A stretch of 63,513 bases of DNA, the filler included, from Platydemus manokwari (Eukaryota), in NCBI GenBank assembly GCA_037951405.1. It is 5 parts of 5 records of this genome, joined end to end, with 100 filler letters (N's around TTAATTAATTAA, not from the genome) between each part and the next. Parts side by side here need not be neighbours in the genome. Positions count along the whole stretch, not along the records: positions 50,090 to 63,513 come from JBBMOY011734731.1; 4 more parts are not named here. One strand, 5' to 3'. Of the stretch, positions 51,676 to 63,513 are shown one piece after another. The notes below the pieces were generated by a model, which worked only from the letters and a program-made list of their open reading frames with translations, ran no database searches and was not told the origin of the DNA. Made by a program: the position numbers and the translations under genes. The first letter of the stretch is position 1; every line of letters starts with the position of its first letter.

Positions 51676-54600
51676 ATGAATTGTTTAAAATCACGTAGAT
51701 TTGTTTTATTATTCAATGTTTCATATATTTTATTTTTGAATAATTATAAAAATAAATTTTTGTAAATATTCTAAGAAACTATGAAAAACTATGACGCTAA
51801 TGTCACAGCAGACAATTTTAATGAATCAATAAATAGTTTAATATTTCCTCTGGCAACTTCAACGGGTATAAAAGATAAAACTAAAAAGTATAAATTCTGT
51901 CAAAAATTATTAACTTAATGAATTGTTTCTTAGAAATGATAATCGTTCCGAATTACAAGGTACTAGGATAAGATAATTTTTCATTATTAGTTATTAGATT
52001 CAGTGTGTTATTACAATGATATGCAGAATCATTCAAAATTATTGGTGGATAACAATAATTATTTAACGGTTCATTGAAAATCGCTTTTATTATTTTTTTT
52101 AAAAACATTCTAGATTAATAATGAAATAGACATGAAATATTTGCAACAAATAGAAAATAATCCCCCAAAAAACAATCGAATACAAACATTTTTAGATAAT
52201 GTAATTTCAACAATTAATAAATTCCAAAAAATAATTTTGATTTTTTCATATAAATTATAGTTTGAAAATTCGTTTAATATCGAAAATCGATATGATACCG
52301 TCGAAAAGAAGAAGGGAAAAGAGTACCTATTGGATAATCGAACATTGTTAGGTTGGGATTCAAAATCGAATTGTGAATTTGAGGCCGAATCAAAAGATGA
52401 AGAATATTTCTTGAAGAACACCCACATGATATCGTGCTTAACCATTGGTTCTGAACCATTTAATAAAACTGAAACGACAGCAAATATTGAGCAGTTCAAT
52501 AGAAATGATAAGGAAAATAAGTTGGAGAATACCAAAGAGGAATCTTTTGGAGATCTTGAATTAATGATGTTAAATGTTGAGAAAGGTAAATCATCTCAGG
52601 TGGATATTGAGGAAATCAATCATTTCATCAACGAGAGGAGTTTATCTAATCAATGTGACGTCACCAAATTGGCATATGGTAAATGATTATTATTTATGGG
52701 AGATTTTCCCCTTTCTGTTATCAATAACATCCGATATCATTGTGGACAGATTTCAATTGCTGCATTGATAAACCAGAACAACTGATGTCCAATCGTCAAA
52801 ATCTTCTCCAAACACCCACAAATATCGTCGGAAAATCTGACAAAGTGGTCTCGAGAAAAATCGATAACAAAATCAAATCCTTTCAGAACATCCAATTGTT
52901 ATCCACGAAAACGCATCTTTTATGGATTGGCGTGGCTGTGAGGAACAACGAGTAGGTTTTATATTTGATTATTTCTCTCGCACATTTGTTGCTATGACAA
53001 CTGATAAATAATTTATTATATCGATTGATCAAATATGGTATTGTGGCTTTTATCTTATCGATTATTTATATTTGAATGATTTACTATTTGATATTGCTGC
53101 GATACACTTGATAATATATTGTATTATTCGATATTATATGGTATTGGATCGATATTGCTGTGATACATTTGATTATATATTGTATTATTCGATATTATAT
53201 GGTATTGGATCGATATTGCTGTGATACACTTGATTATATATTGTATTATTCGATATTATATGGTATTGGATCGATATTGCTGCGATACACTTGATTATAT
53301 ATTGTATTATTCGATATTATATGGTATTGGATTGATATTGCTGTGATACATTTGATTATATATTGTATTATTCGATATTATATGGTATTGGATCGGTATT
53401 GTTGCGATACAATTGGTAATGTATTGCCAATATTTAATCATTAAAAGTTGAATTATAATATATATTGGCTCAATGTAATGATTTTTAATATTGATATCAT
53501 ACGGTATTGTTTGAATATTGTTGTTATGGTAACAGAACCAAACAAAAACGCCAAGTCATTCTCGATTGGTTGCATTCCAATAAAATGTAAGATCGGTGTT
53601 CATTTTGTTCTGTGTTTGTTATTTAATTTTATTAATTGAAAATTGTGCTATTTGGGTATCGATCGCGATATATTTCTTAACAATACCAACAATATTCTGT
53701 ATTGATTAGTGTGTCAATACATGAATGGTATAGCCGATATTTAATGATATATTGATATATCTTAGCATCAAATCATTCAAATTGAACCTCAGTGCTCCTG
53801 GACAAATGGTAGCCAAGTTAACAATTGTTCAATCATCAAATGTATTCCATGTAAATAATATCTTATATGTATTGATGATTGAATGATTTGTGTGTGTCTG
53901 TGTGTATTGCAGTTCAGTAATCAATCTGGAAATGATTTTCATCAAACCAAAGATGTTATTCTCGAACCCAAATATGATAAAAAGCTTTATATTGTCTTCA
54001 ATCCTGTCGATTCGGCATATCATAATGGGCTGATTCTTGTTCAAGTTGGATCTCGGAAATTCAAAGTGAGTCAAATCGATATCATTTAATAATTGGTTTG
54101 TCAACCCTAACCTCATATCAAGCCGTTATCACCCCATATCGAACTCATCCACCTCATATCGATCTCACATCAACCTCATATTCAGCTCATATCACCCCAT
54201 ATCGAACTCACATCAACCTCATATTCAGCTCATATCACCCCATGTCGACCTCATATCAACCCCATCCCGACATCACATCACCCCCACATCTCATTAACAT
54301 TAACATTTCCATTCACAGGTCCATTTATTCGGATATGCCGAACCAGCTAAAATGCAACTTGTTGATTTCATCACAGCTCCAGATCCCAAGAATCCCGGCA
54401 AAGAGATTTTCGTCAAAGATTGCTCGATCAGTGATAAATCTCAACTGAAAATCAGTATTTTCAATTCTGGTGCTCGTACTGGATATGTGGGATTCTTCTC
54501 GTACCAGCAATCTGTCAGATTTCAACCGCGATCATTTCTGCTTATCCCGAAAACCACCATGGACGTTCAAGTGAGCACCATCAATTGCAATGAGCCGATC

Positions 54601-56105
54601 ACGTTTTTCGTGATTCATGCTGATGAGGAATTGCGTCGAGCATGTAGGATCAGGTATGGATATGGAATCGGTTGCTATGGTGATGATATGTGTGAGGGTG
54701 TTTCAGTGCTTCCAAATTTGGCCACAGCGACGTCTACAATGTGTTCAATGTGCTCCAAATATTCTCCTGTTTGCCAGAAGAGAAGCTCATGAAACAACGT
54801 AAGGAAAGATTTCATTTTGTCAGCTCTTATAACGCTCTCGCCTTCTCTCTATCGTTAACAGATGAACTGCCAGAATATGATTGGCGGCCTCATCTCAGCC
54901 GACAAATCAATACATCATATTGCCCTGCCATAATCAATATCTCGCCCATCAGACCGCCTCAACCGTTGACGATGTCTCGCTTATGTCCAACCTCCTGCAA
55001 TGATTCTGTGTGCACAATCGATAAACAGACGAAATCATCTGTCACTGGGCTCAGCTCATTGTCGAACATTGAGGTGATATCTCGCTAATCGATTAATCGA
55101 TATCTCTCTCCATTAATATCGCTCATTGTAGAATCTCAACACCAAAACCATCTACATGAACAGTGCTGCTAGTTTTGTCCACTCGCTCAGTCACACACTC
55201 AGCTGTGTCGTCATCATGAAGGATGTCAACAGTTTCCCGCCGACCTGTCTCAACAAGATCTCATGTGAGTTTTGATTTATCGATTTTTCCAGATTTCTCG
55301 CTTGACGAACAACTCGCCTCAATTGATAATCGATTATTTTGTGTCAGATCTCGGCATTCTCATTCGGAACAATAACTGTTTCCCTGTCAACTGGTTCATC
55401 AGCAACATGCTGCTCACATCACTCAATTCCATCAATTCCTCATCCAGTTGTCGTGACCGCCAGAATTCCGCCTCACCGACCGACTCCAACAGCATCTATT
55501 CACTGACAAGCGTTCCCATTTACAATCCCGCCGACAACATGAGTGTTCTCGTCGAAAACGGCATCCTCAAACCGTTCGATGCAATCGTAATTCCTGTCAA
55601 ATTCCAGCCACTCAATACAGGCCGTGTCGATTGCAAGTGCAACGTGAAGGTTTACACGGATTCCGATGATTTGTTCTTCGAGAAAGATCTCGATTTCAGT
55701 GGTGAAGGTGTGAAACAGGTTTGATATTGTTGCCATGACAACGTCCAATGTCAATGCAGTTTTCTAATCGTTCAGGAGGCATTGCGAAACGATAACTGCA
55801 AAATTCCCGGCTTGTCCGTTGCTGGTCACGTGATCGAATTCCGGAACTGCGTCACTGGCGGTCCAAAAGTCGAGCAGAAACTCGAGGTCAAGAACAAAAC
55901 CAATCACATGAAAGATATTTTTATAAGTCATCTCAATGATAAACGATTCGAAATTCGAGCAACGAAAATCTCGCTCGATAAAGGACGGAGCTTGATTCCA
56001 GTGTTCTTCAATCCGAAATCGAAAGGAATCTTCGAAGACTTTTTGGTGCTTAGCGATGACGAAGGCAACTGTACGAGTGTGGCGTTGCGAGCCGAAGTGA
56101 AATGA
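51676..56105 (+). CDS. CEP192: CEP192/Spd-2 homologue, compact (881 aa, 15 exons: 51676-51694, 51776-51887, 51934-51959, 51998-52068, 52114-52200, 52261-52678, 52750-52951, 53766-53850, 53913-54065, 54319-54653, 54707-54798, 54862-55073, 55132-55264, 55348-55718, 55776-56105)
   Basis: The exons total 2646 nt and splice without stops. Motifs occur in CEP192 order (human recalled from memory): LLSTKTHLLWIGV ~ ILSNKQFLAWGGV; KFKVHLFGYA ~ KFTIPLSGYG; IFNSGARTGYVGF ~ VRNTGSRAAFVKAVGF; HADEELRRACR ~ GGDEISRQQYR; IPVFFNPKSKGIFEDFLVLSDDEGNCTSVALRAE ~ MPVQFKPKSAGKFEALLVIQTDEGKSIAIRLIGE. N-terminal FPLATSTGIKD ~ LPVAVSTLARD. Confidence 0.85.
53090..53411. repeat. 61-bp tandem minisatellite, about 5.3 copies, in CEP192 intron 7
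   Basis: Unit GATATTGCTGyGATACAyTTGATTATATATTGTATTATTCGATATTATATGGTATTGGATC; head-to-tail with no spacers. Confidence 0.95.
54105..54292. repeat. C/A-rich minisatellite, about 11 bp unit (CCTCATATCAA-like), in CEP192 intron 9
   Basis: Repeated CTCATATC/CTCACATC cores with a duplicated block of about 43 bp. Confidence 0.8.
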
Positions 56106-56444
56106 TGTGATCGATTTCATTAAATGTGTATATTGTATTCGTTTCTTCATTTATTGATCAATAAAACAAATGTATCGATTTGATTGGAATAACTGTGTGT
56201 GTGTGTGTTTGTGAGTGTGTTGATGAGATTCATTTTAGATTGGTCGGTTTGATGAGATTATTATTGATGAATATTGGGTTACAATAAATATATTGGTGAA
56301 TATTCTGTTATCAATTCTTTATGTTACAGACACGTTGAATTAGTACAGCTTGTGTGTATGTGGACGCCTTATATATGATTGGATGCATTTAAGTTTTTAG
56401 TATCATACGATATCAAAAACTGAAAGCACAATAACTTTAAACAT

Positions 56445-57042
56445 TGCTGAAAATATCTCCACAATTAAAGATCGATTGTCTGATAAACGCTCCCACTGAA
56501 CCTCGAATATATTGTTGGGCATATCTCAAATTAGTCAAAAGTGTCCCAAGAACCAAGGAAAACCCAAAAGGGTCAATACACACAAACCCGATAAGCACAC
56601 GTGCTGCCAACCAATCAGATTCGTTCTTATGTTAATCCATATGCCTACAAAATGCAGCAAGCTCAAATATCCGTCAATGATATAAGAGATATAAGGAAAA
56701 TCTCAAGTAAATCAATCCATAAACAAATTTAGCGAATTGGAAATGATGGTCCGTGACACTAAGCAGACACACCCGATAGGTCTATAAAAGATGCTGAATT
56801 CCATAGATTCTTGCCAGTCTTTTTTGGTCGGTAACTTTTGTGCTTAGCTCATGTGTGATTTCAGCAATCAGTCTTTTTGATTACTCTTCATTCTTTGTTT
56901 GACATTCGGGCGCTGAACCCATGTTGAGTGATTTTCTTTGTGAATTGCGTAAAGAATTGTTATTGTTTTTATTGAGATTTCGAGCGTATTATTTTAGTTA
57001 ATATAGCTTTGTAGATTCAAATTGTTGTTTGATAACGCAACA
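56445..57042 (+). mobile_element. solo LTR, family A (about 600 bp)
   Basis: TG...CA termini, near-TSD ACAT/ATAT (4 bp, 1 mismatch), internal CCAATCAG and CTATAAAAG promoter-like boxes, and an inverted copy at 35106-35650. Confidence 0.8.
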
Positions 57043-58455
57043 ATATTATTGTCATATAATTGTCATAATTGTCATGTGAATATTCGTACATGTCCATGTA
57101 AATTGCATTTGTCATTGAGCTGTGTCATTTATGTAGAAGAAACAGTCCAGACAACATTACACTTTCGATTTGATTTATTTTTCTATAAAGCGATACAATC
57201 ACTGTTATCGCTCATATGTTTTGTTATTTTCTCTTCATTAAAACATGGTTTTATCATGTCATTTTTATCACTTTCGATGTATTTTATGAAACGTATAGGA
57301 AATTTATTAATTTCGAAAACTATTTCTATAGCAACCGGATAAAATTTCTGTTGAATATGTGATAAAATAAAGCTTGATGGAGTAACATGTATATTATTGT
57401 TTATAAAATAATATTTAGAATTAATAATTATCACAATGTTGGTGTGCTATAGAAAAAAATATTTTTAAAACATCTCAACAGCGACTGTAGCACATCAAAT
57501 AGTTTTAGTTTTGTATTTTAGATTTTTTAAAACACTTCGAGATTTATTTTAGAATCAAATTTTAATTATGTGTGTTCCTTTTATTTTTGATAATCGGTAT
57601 TTACGATTTTCATTTATTCTTACTGTATTGTATTGATTAAAATATTCCCTTTTGTTTATATCTTTTATTTATAATCACATTCTACTCCAAATAGATCAAT
57701 GATTCGCATAAGTTGTTCAAAATTGTGAATTAAACTATGTTGGATTTTATTGCTATATTTATTTCACAAACCGAAACTTCAATTGTTTGCCCACCGTTCC
57801 GTCCGCTTTTGAATTTGTCAACTTCTTGCTGTGGCGACGTGCTGACTATTGAACTTAAAAAACTTTTTTGTTATTACTTTGGCTATTGTTAATTTTTATT
57901 TTTCTAAATATATCAATTCATGAATCACATCTTGAATTGAGTTTTGTAACAGTATAATACAATTGTGACAAAGAATATTATACATTTACCACACTCTAGA
58001 CAACCTTAATTACTGATTCAGTTTGTCTTAAGGTTAATTTCTTCATTAAATTTAGAAACTAATCAGCAAACTCGGTTTTTTCATTATAATTAAATTAATT
58101 CAGTTAGGGCGATATTCGCTTTAACTATGCCTTTAAATATTTTTACTAAATCTACCTATAGCGTGGTGTTCATACCCGTTATCGACGCCCCTTGTGAATC
58201 AGAAACCAGTTAAAACAGAAGCAATGGTTTAAAGCTCGTCAACGGTTAACCAAATCCGTAACAGTAAATAAAACCAAAAAACAACAACATAACTTTTATA
58301 TAAAACTTTTGTGTGGTTAGTGCTTTAAATCTTTTGAATTGTGAATCGGTAAGCCTAAACAGAGTCGACACATTCTAAATGATACACAAACGATAAACAA
58401 TAATTAAAGCAATTGAGATCAAATAACGAAGGTAATAATAAAATATAATTATCTA

Positions 58456-58456
<1 letters not shown>

Positions 58457-58524
<68 letters not shown>
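58457..58524. repeat. (AAT)n microsatellite, about 22 units
   Basis: Directly visible. Confidence 0.95.
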
Positions 58525-58527
<3 letters not shown>

Positions 58528-60648
58528 TCTTAATGGTGATGCGAGAAAAATAAAATGTTATTTGATTTACAAAAATAGAAGCTTATATTGTAAAAAATTA
58601 ATTTCTAACATTTCGCTTAGATATCTATGTCAGAATTGTTCTTCCCATATCAATTATATATTATGGTGCTTAATTTAATTTCATTTTTATGAATGCTGCT
58701 TCCTCCTTCTCGGTCTCAATCACAAATTCCCAATTCAAGTGCTCTGTGTTTTGAACCAGAACTATTGATACGTTTCCGATTTTGCATGAACACCCTTAAT
58801 TTTATTTTTCGAAAATTTTATTCGTCAGTTCATAGGTTCTTGGTGAATGCAAATCATTTGAAATATAATTAACATCATGTTGTATTACAATTTAATCTAT
58901 TCTATTTACTAGCTAATATTCTTCTTTTGGAATTGCATTAATAATCGGGCTTCTAGATGAATCGTGTAATTATCATTATAATTATTATATTTAGCATCAT
59001 ATAATATTTAACATATTCATATTTTTTGACACTAGGTCACATTTTATTACATTTATTTTTTCAAAAAAAATTTTAAAATAAATTATTATGACTATTACAG
59101 TTTTATTTGCGTTTATATACGTCAAAATAGCGTTTAATAAGTTATCAGTAATTTCAAATTTGGATCCATAACCACCATAAATTTTATCACCTGATCTGTA
59201 GCCAATAATTCTGTATTAAAATTTTTTAATTTGAAAATCCTTGTTATTTAATTGATTTTTATTCCTCGAGTTGGTCTAATAAATGATATTATAAATTCTT
59301 TATTATTTTGGTTAAATATCTAATTGATAGATCCCGGTTATACATCATTTTCTAAAATATATTTTATTAATTCAATATCATTAGATTTAATGGCATTATT
59401 TATATTTCTTGTTTATTTTCAACAGCTTTAAAATTTTCCTTTCCTTCTTTTATTATTAATTGTTGGTTTTCCTGATTTTTGAACAACTGGTTTTAATAAA
59501 AGTGAAGAAAATACAGCTGTAACTTTTTGGGGACACTGCTTTTATTTCTTTAATGATTATTATTTCACTTTGATCGAGATCTACGTCTTTATCAGTACTC
59601 TGAGTCCGCCTCGACCCTCGGCTAGTTATATGACCTATGTTTTTCTTGGTTTTTGAAACACTGGTTTTAATAATGCTATAGAAAATACAGCGATACCTTG
59701 ATTTAATAAAATCTTTGAATATTGTTTTTCTTCAGCCTCGGTATTTAATTTATTTTTTAAAGCAATAATTTTTCTCCATTCCTCATTTCTTTTATTGATC
59801 TCAAAATCATTCATACCAATTTCTTAAACTGAAAATTGATATTAATTCACAACACTTTCAAAGGCATCACATTTTTGTATTTTTTTGTTTTTTCACATGT
59901 CTCGAGTGGGATTAAAGGGCGTTAAAATTTTTTTAATTTCAGGTTGTGACGTTAATCACGGAACTCTCCTACTAATTACTTTAGAAGGTTAGAGGAAATT
60001 AAACTATATTGAAATGTCAATTTTATACTCGATTTATAAAGTTATCAATTATAAACTAAGTGTTCAAAATGTTGTAATGGTAAATGAAACACTTGAATTT
60101 ATATCACGACTAATAATATCGTCACCGAGATAAATACAAATTAACATACAACACTACTCTGATATGGATTAGTCAATGTTTTCAAGTCTAGACCAAATCG
60201 TAACATTCAATAATAAAATATCCATTGAAAAATCGCAACAGAAAAAGTAACAATATCAAAATGTTCTGATTCCAATAATCAACGAACTACCGATTATACA
60301 GAATGCTGTCAAATATCAAAACTGTGACGAGATGACATAAAAATCGATAAATAGTATGCTGTTATCAATATCATTATTAACTCGATATTGATGTTAACTA
60401 AAAATCGATCATGATGCTTGAAACATGAGGCAACCAATGATATTGAGAGAATAAAATGATGAATCATTATGTGAAACTTGGTGAATATGATAATGAAACC
60501 GAAAGCTAGAAATCGATATCGTGTCTATATTTTATGGAAACGCAGTTGTACACAGAAAAATATTCTTAAAAGTCTATCAATTCAAGCCGTGTGCTAGGCG
60601 AGCACACAAACTAATCAATAAAATCTATAATCGATCACGATTGATTTG

Positions 60649-63451
60649 CTAGGCGAGAATATATTTGTCGTGGAAGGATTTCAAGAGGTTCTCCAGATAG
60701 AATGCCTGATTTTTGAGTTTCCTAGAATTCGAAACGATGTCCTCCAGCTTCTTGGTGTCAGATTCGAACTTGGCAACGTCGGTCCTGAGCTTGTTCATGT
60801 AACTGTCGACGACGCCATTCAATCGTTTCATTGTCGTGTTGAGGGCCATCTGGGGCTGAAGCAAATTGATTAAATCTCGTCACGACACTGCCAGCAACAA
60901 TAAATACAGTTGCCATGGGTTACCTGTTCAGCACTGTGCTTGCTCGTCATGGCCATCACCAATTCCAATTTCTCGGACACATAAGACCTGAATTGAGATT
61001 TAAACGCCTTCTCTTTGGCTCTCGTCGTCCAGGTCGAGTATTCATAGGCGTACATGATGCCATAAATGCTGGCACACACGCCTAACACTTTCCAGCCGGT
61101 GGCCTTCAATACCAGACCGCCACACAGTACCGTGGCGAGCACGGATCGGCCAGTAATATTGGGCAATATTTGTCGGAAAGCGAATATCGATAAGAAGCTC
61201 GAGGTGTCCATCGAGACATTCATGGCATTTCTCGAAGGTGCAATCGGGCCAATAAGTTTGCCGAGTAACGCTGTCGGACCCAAGCTAAATCGAAATGAGA
61301 GATCCTCTCGAAAATCTGACGAGATGTTGTTGCAATCGATGTAGAATTTCGGAGCGTATTCGTCGCACACAGATAAGCGCATCTGTTCTGTGACATCCTT
61401 ATCGGGAATGAGAGCCATATACCGCTCTACAATCAGTAAGATGGCATGAAATGGTGCCGTAACCAATGGCAACACTCACTGACAATATTGCAGCTCACAG
61501 CATCCACTTGATTGCACATATCTCGGGCACAAATCGAAGTCAAATTGTTTCCCAATTGCCTCTCGACGTGCTGACTCAACTCGACTTTATACTTGAATAG
61601 CAGGCCAGCCTCCTCATAAAACGTGTGGTCAAACTCGTCAATAACATCGCCCAATCGCCTCAATTCTTCTCGCAACACATCAGCAACTTTCTCGGCAACC
61701 TTTTCCGACAACCTGACGATCTCAGCAACACTCTCTTTGTGAGCGACTTTTCTCATCGTGTCGAGTTTCTCGCTCCTTGCTCGCATCTTATGAGTTAACG
61801 TGATAGCAGCATCTCTAATCATAACGACCAAATCATTATCGCAACTGTGAGCACCATTTTTACTTTTGTTCCTGAGCTTTGTCGTTCAAGCTTTCGACAA
61901 TCAGTCTGACATCGCTGACGATTTCTTGACCTTGAATTGAGTGGGCGGCAAATTTCGTCTTGGTGGCAGACTCCGATAGAGTTTTCTGATTAATTACTCA
62001 AATATTATTGATTATAAACAATAATAATAATATATAATCATTTAATATTCTGAAAATATCGCCACTCGCTCCACGTCTCGTCAAATCAATAATTGACGAA
62101 TAAATCGTCTCAAACATACCTCTAGATTCTTCTCGAAATTCTTAAACTCAAACAATCGACTTTGCCATCCTTCTCGCAAGCGAACAACACCAGGCGAATC
62201 TGCCAAACTACCTGATTCGCCGGAACCATCATTTTGTTTGCTTCTATTATGCAGAGCTTCGCTGGCAGATACAAAGAAAACCCGGCTTTCGGCTTCACTT
62301 TTCGAACAGACCTTCAATTCTTTGGTCAAAAAGTTCACACAACGTTCCATATGCTGAGCTTTCGCCTAATAAAATCAATATCAATGATGGTACATGACAG
62401 GATTGACAAGCCATTTACTTCTGTCACATATTCAACTTGTTCAGCACTGGCATCCCAGCGATTATTAAGAATAAAAATATTTGGTTTCGACAATTTATCT
62501 CGGACTTTGTGAAAGAAAGCCTTCTCCTACAGAAAAATGTTTATCAATTCTCAAACCCACTCCTATGCGGAAAAATATGATGCTCACTGTGTGATTCAAT
62601 GTAGCCTCACTATTAGCAACCAGTATAAACACATCAGCATCTAAGCAGTACATATCAATCCATTTATCAATATCTGGATCGACATCAATGCCCGGACTAT
62701 CGAGTATAACAACATCTTCTGATAGCAATGGACATTTTTCACATGGCCAATAAACTTTTATCAAGGAATCCGTTGATAATTTATTCGAACAAACATCTCG
62801 GGCGAGTTTATTCACCGAATCGATTGGTTTAAACTAGTTAGTTGAAAATAGAGTCAAAAAATATTTGTAGGAAATATCAATATTTAACATCAACTTCCGA
62901 CAAATCGTCACTGTCATCTTTGGGTGATGAAATAGACATACAACCCTGGCTATCTGTAGTTCCACGAATTTCAAGAAAACAACTCGTTGTATGTCCAATA
63001 CCAGCGGGTAAAATTTTACCGCCAAGCATGGCATTAATAGTTGTACTTTTACCATTGGATGTTCTATTAATTAATTTTAAGAAATAAAAATCTATTTTTA
63101 TATCAACACCTTCCAAAAAATGCGCATTTCATATTATCTCGATTGATTACAATTTGAATTCCCTTAACTTTTTCAACAAAATTATCCAGTAATTTAACAT
63201 TTTCAACATTAATAAGTGTCTGAAACATTGAATCTAGAATGAAGTTTGCTAATTAAATTCCGTTAGAATGAAATTACGTTACCAGAATTATATATATCCT
63301 GAAAAAATGTATTACTATCTTTCACATAATCAGAAATGTCGCCAAATATTTTCGATATTTCCTTTTTGCTTTCTTTAAATATATTTAGTTGTGAAAAACT
63401 GTTTTCTCTATTCATTTGTAAATTATTTGTATTATATTTAATACCAGACAT
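60649..63451 (-). CDS. MFN: mitofusin (Marf/Fzo-type transmembrane GTPase), complete, 744 aa; exons 63451-63283, 63233-63110, 63063-62889, 62833-62588, 62526-62419, 62365-62120, 61985-61864, 61814-61480, 61426-60924, 60855-60649
   Basis: G1 [30 protein letters not shown]3 [22 protein letters not shown]4 [34 protein letters not shown] region followed by [17 protein letters not shown]. Exons total 2235 nt in frame. Confidence 0.97.
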
Positions 63452-63513
63452 AGGTTATCAGAATGTATGAAAATTTGAATATTAAAACAAGAACGAAAAG
63501 ATAACCGGAATCA

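Noticed and set aside
53090-53411. CRISPR-like array
   Set aside because: Head-to-tail 61-bp units with no unique spacers, inside a eukaryotic intron, with no cas genes.
54098-54448. 116-aa His/Pro-rich ORF
   Set aside because: Translation of an intronic minisatellite running out of frame into a CEP192 exon.
55500-56150. minus-strand ORFs over the CEP192 3' exons (likewise the + ORFs over mitofusin, 60646-63087)
   Set aside because: Antisense shadows of GC-richer exons.
56444-56635. short ORFs inside LTR-like repeats (also 46515-47067)
   Set aside because: Chance frames within non-coding repeats; not conserved between copies.
61427-61479. apparent frameshift between mitofusin ORFs
   Set aside because: Resolved by a 53-nt GT-AG intron.

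Overview
AT-rich, repeat-littered animal nuclear DNA, not prokaryotic. Minimal GT-AG introns of about 38-70 nt, (AAT)n tracts and the mitofusin sequence suggest a flatworm/planarian-like host, but that is inference. Four artificial 100-nt spacers (N44-TTAATTAATTAA-N44) split the window into five segments, so long-range order is uncertain. By manual splicing I reconstructed: a complete 10-exon mitofusin (744 aa, -); a complete 15-exon compact CEP192/Spd-2 homologue (881 aa, +); a C2-less Slp-homology-domain Rab effector (5' end missing); a 2-exon AT-hook gene; and an orphan multi-exon helical gene. There are also single exons of a metabotropic glutamate receptor and an NMDA-type receptor, and two adjacent long single-exon orphan ORFs: a psq/CENP-B-type HTH protein with 8 Cys-Pro motifs, and an 804-aa protein with 8 KxKRxYTRK repeats plus repeated LRDDLRLTDTETE acidic motifs. 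Mobile DNA includes a pogo/Tigger remnant, a 111-bp hAT MITE with a perfect 8-bp TSD and several solo-LTR-like families. Best leads: the CEP192/Spd-2 gene (reported lost in planarians, if the host is one) and the orphan HTH-CP / basic-repeat gene pair. Homologue sequences quoted are recalled from memory; no searches were run.
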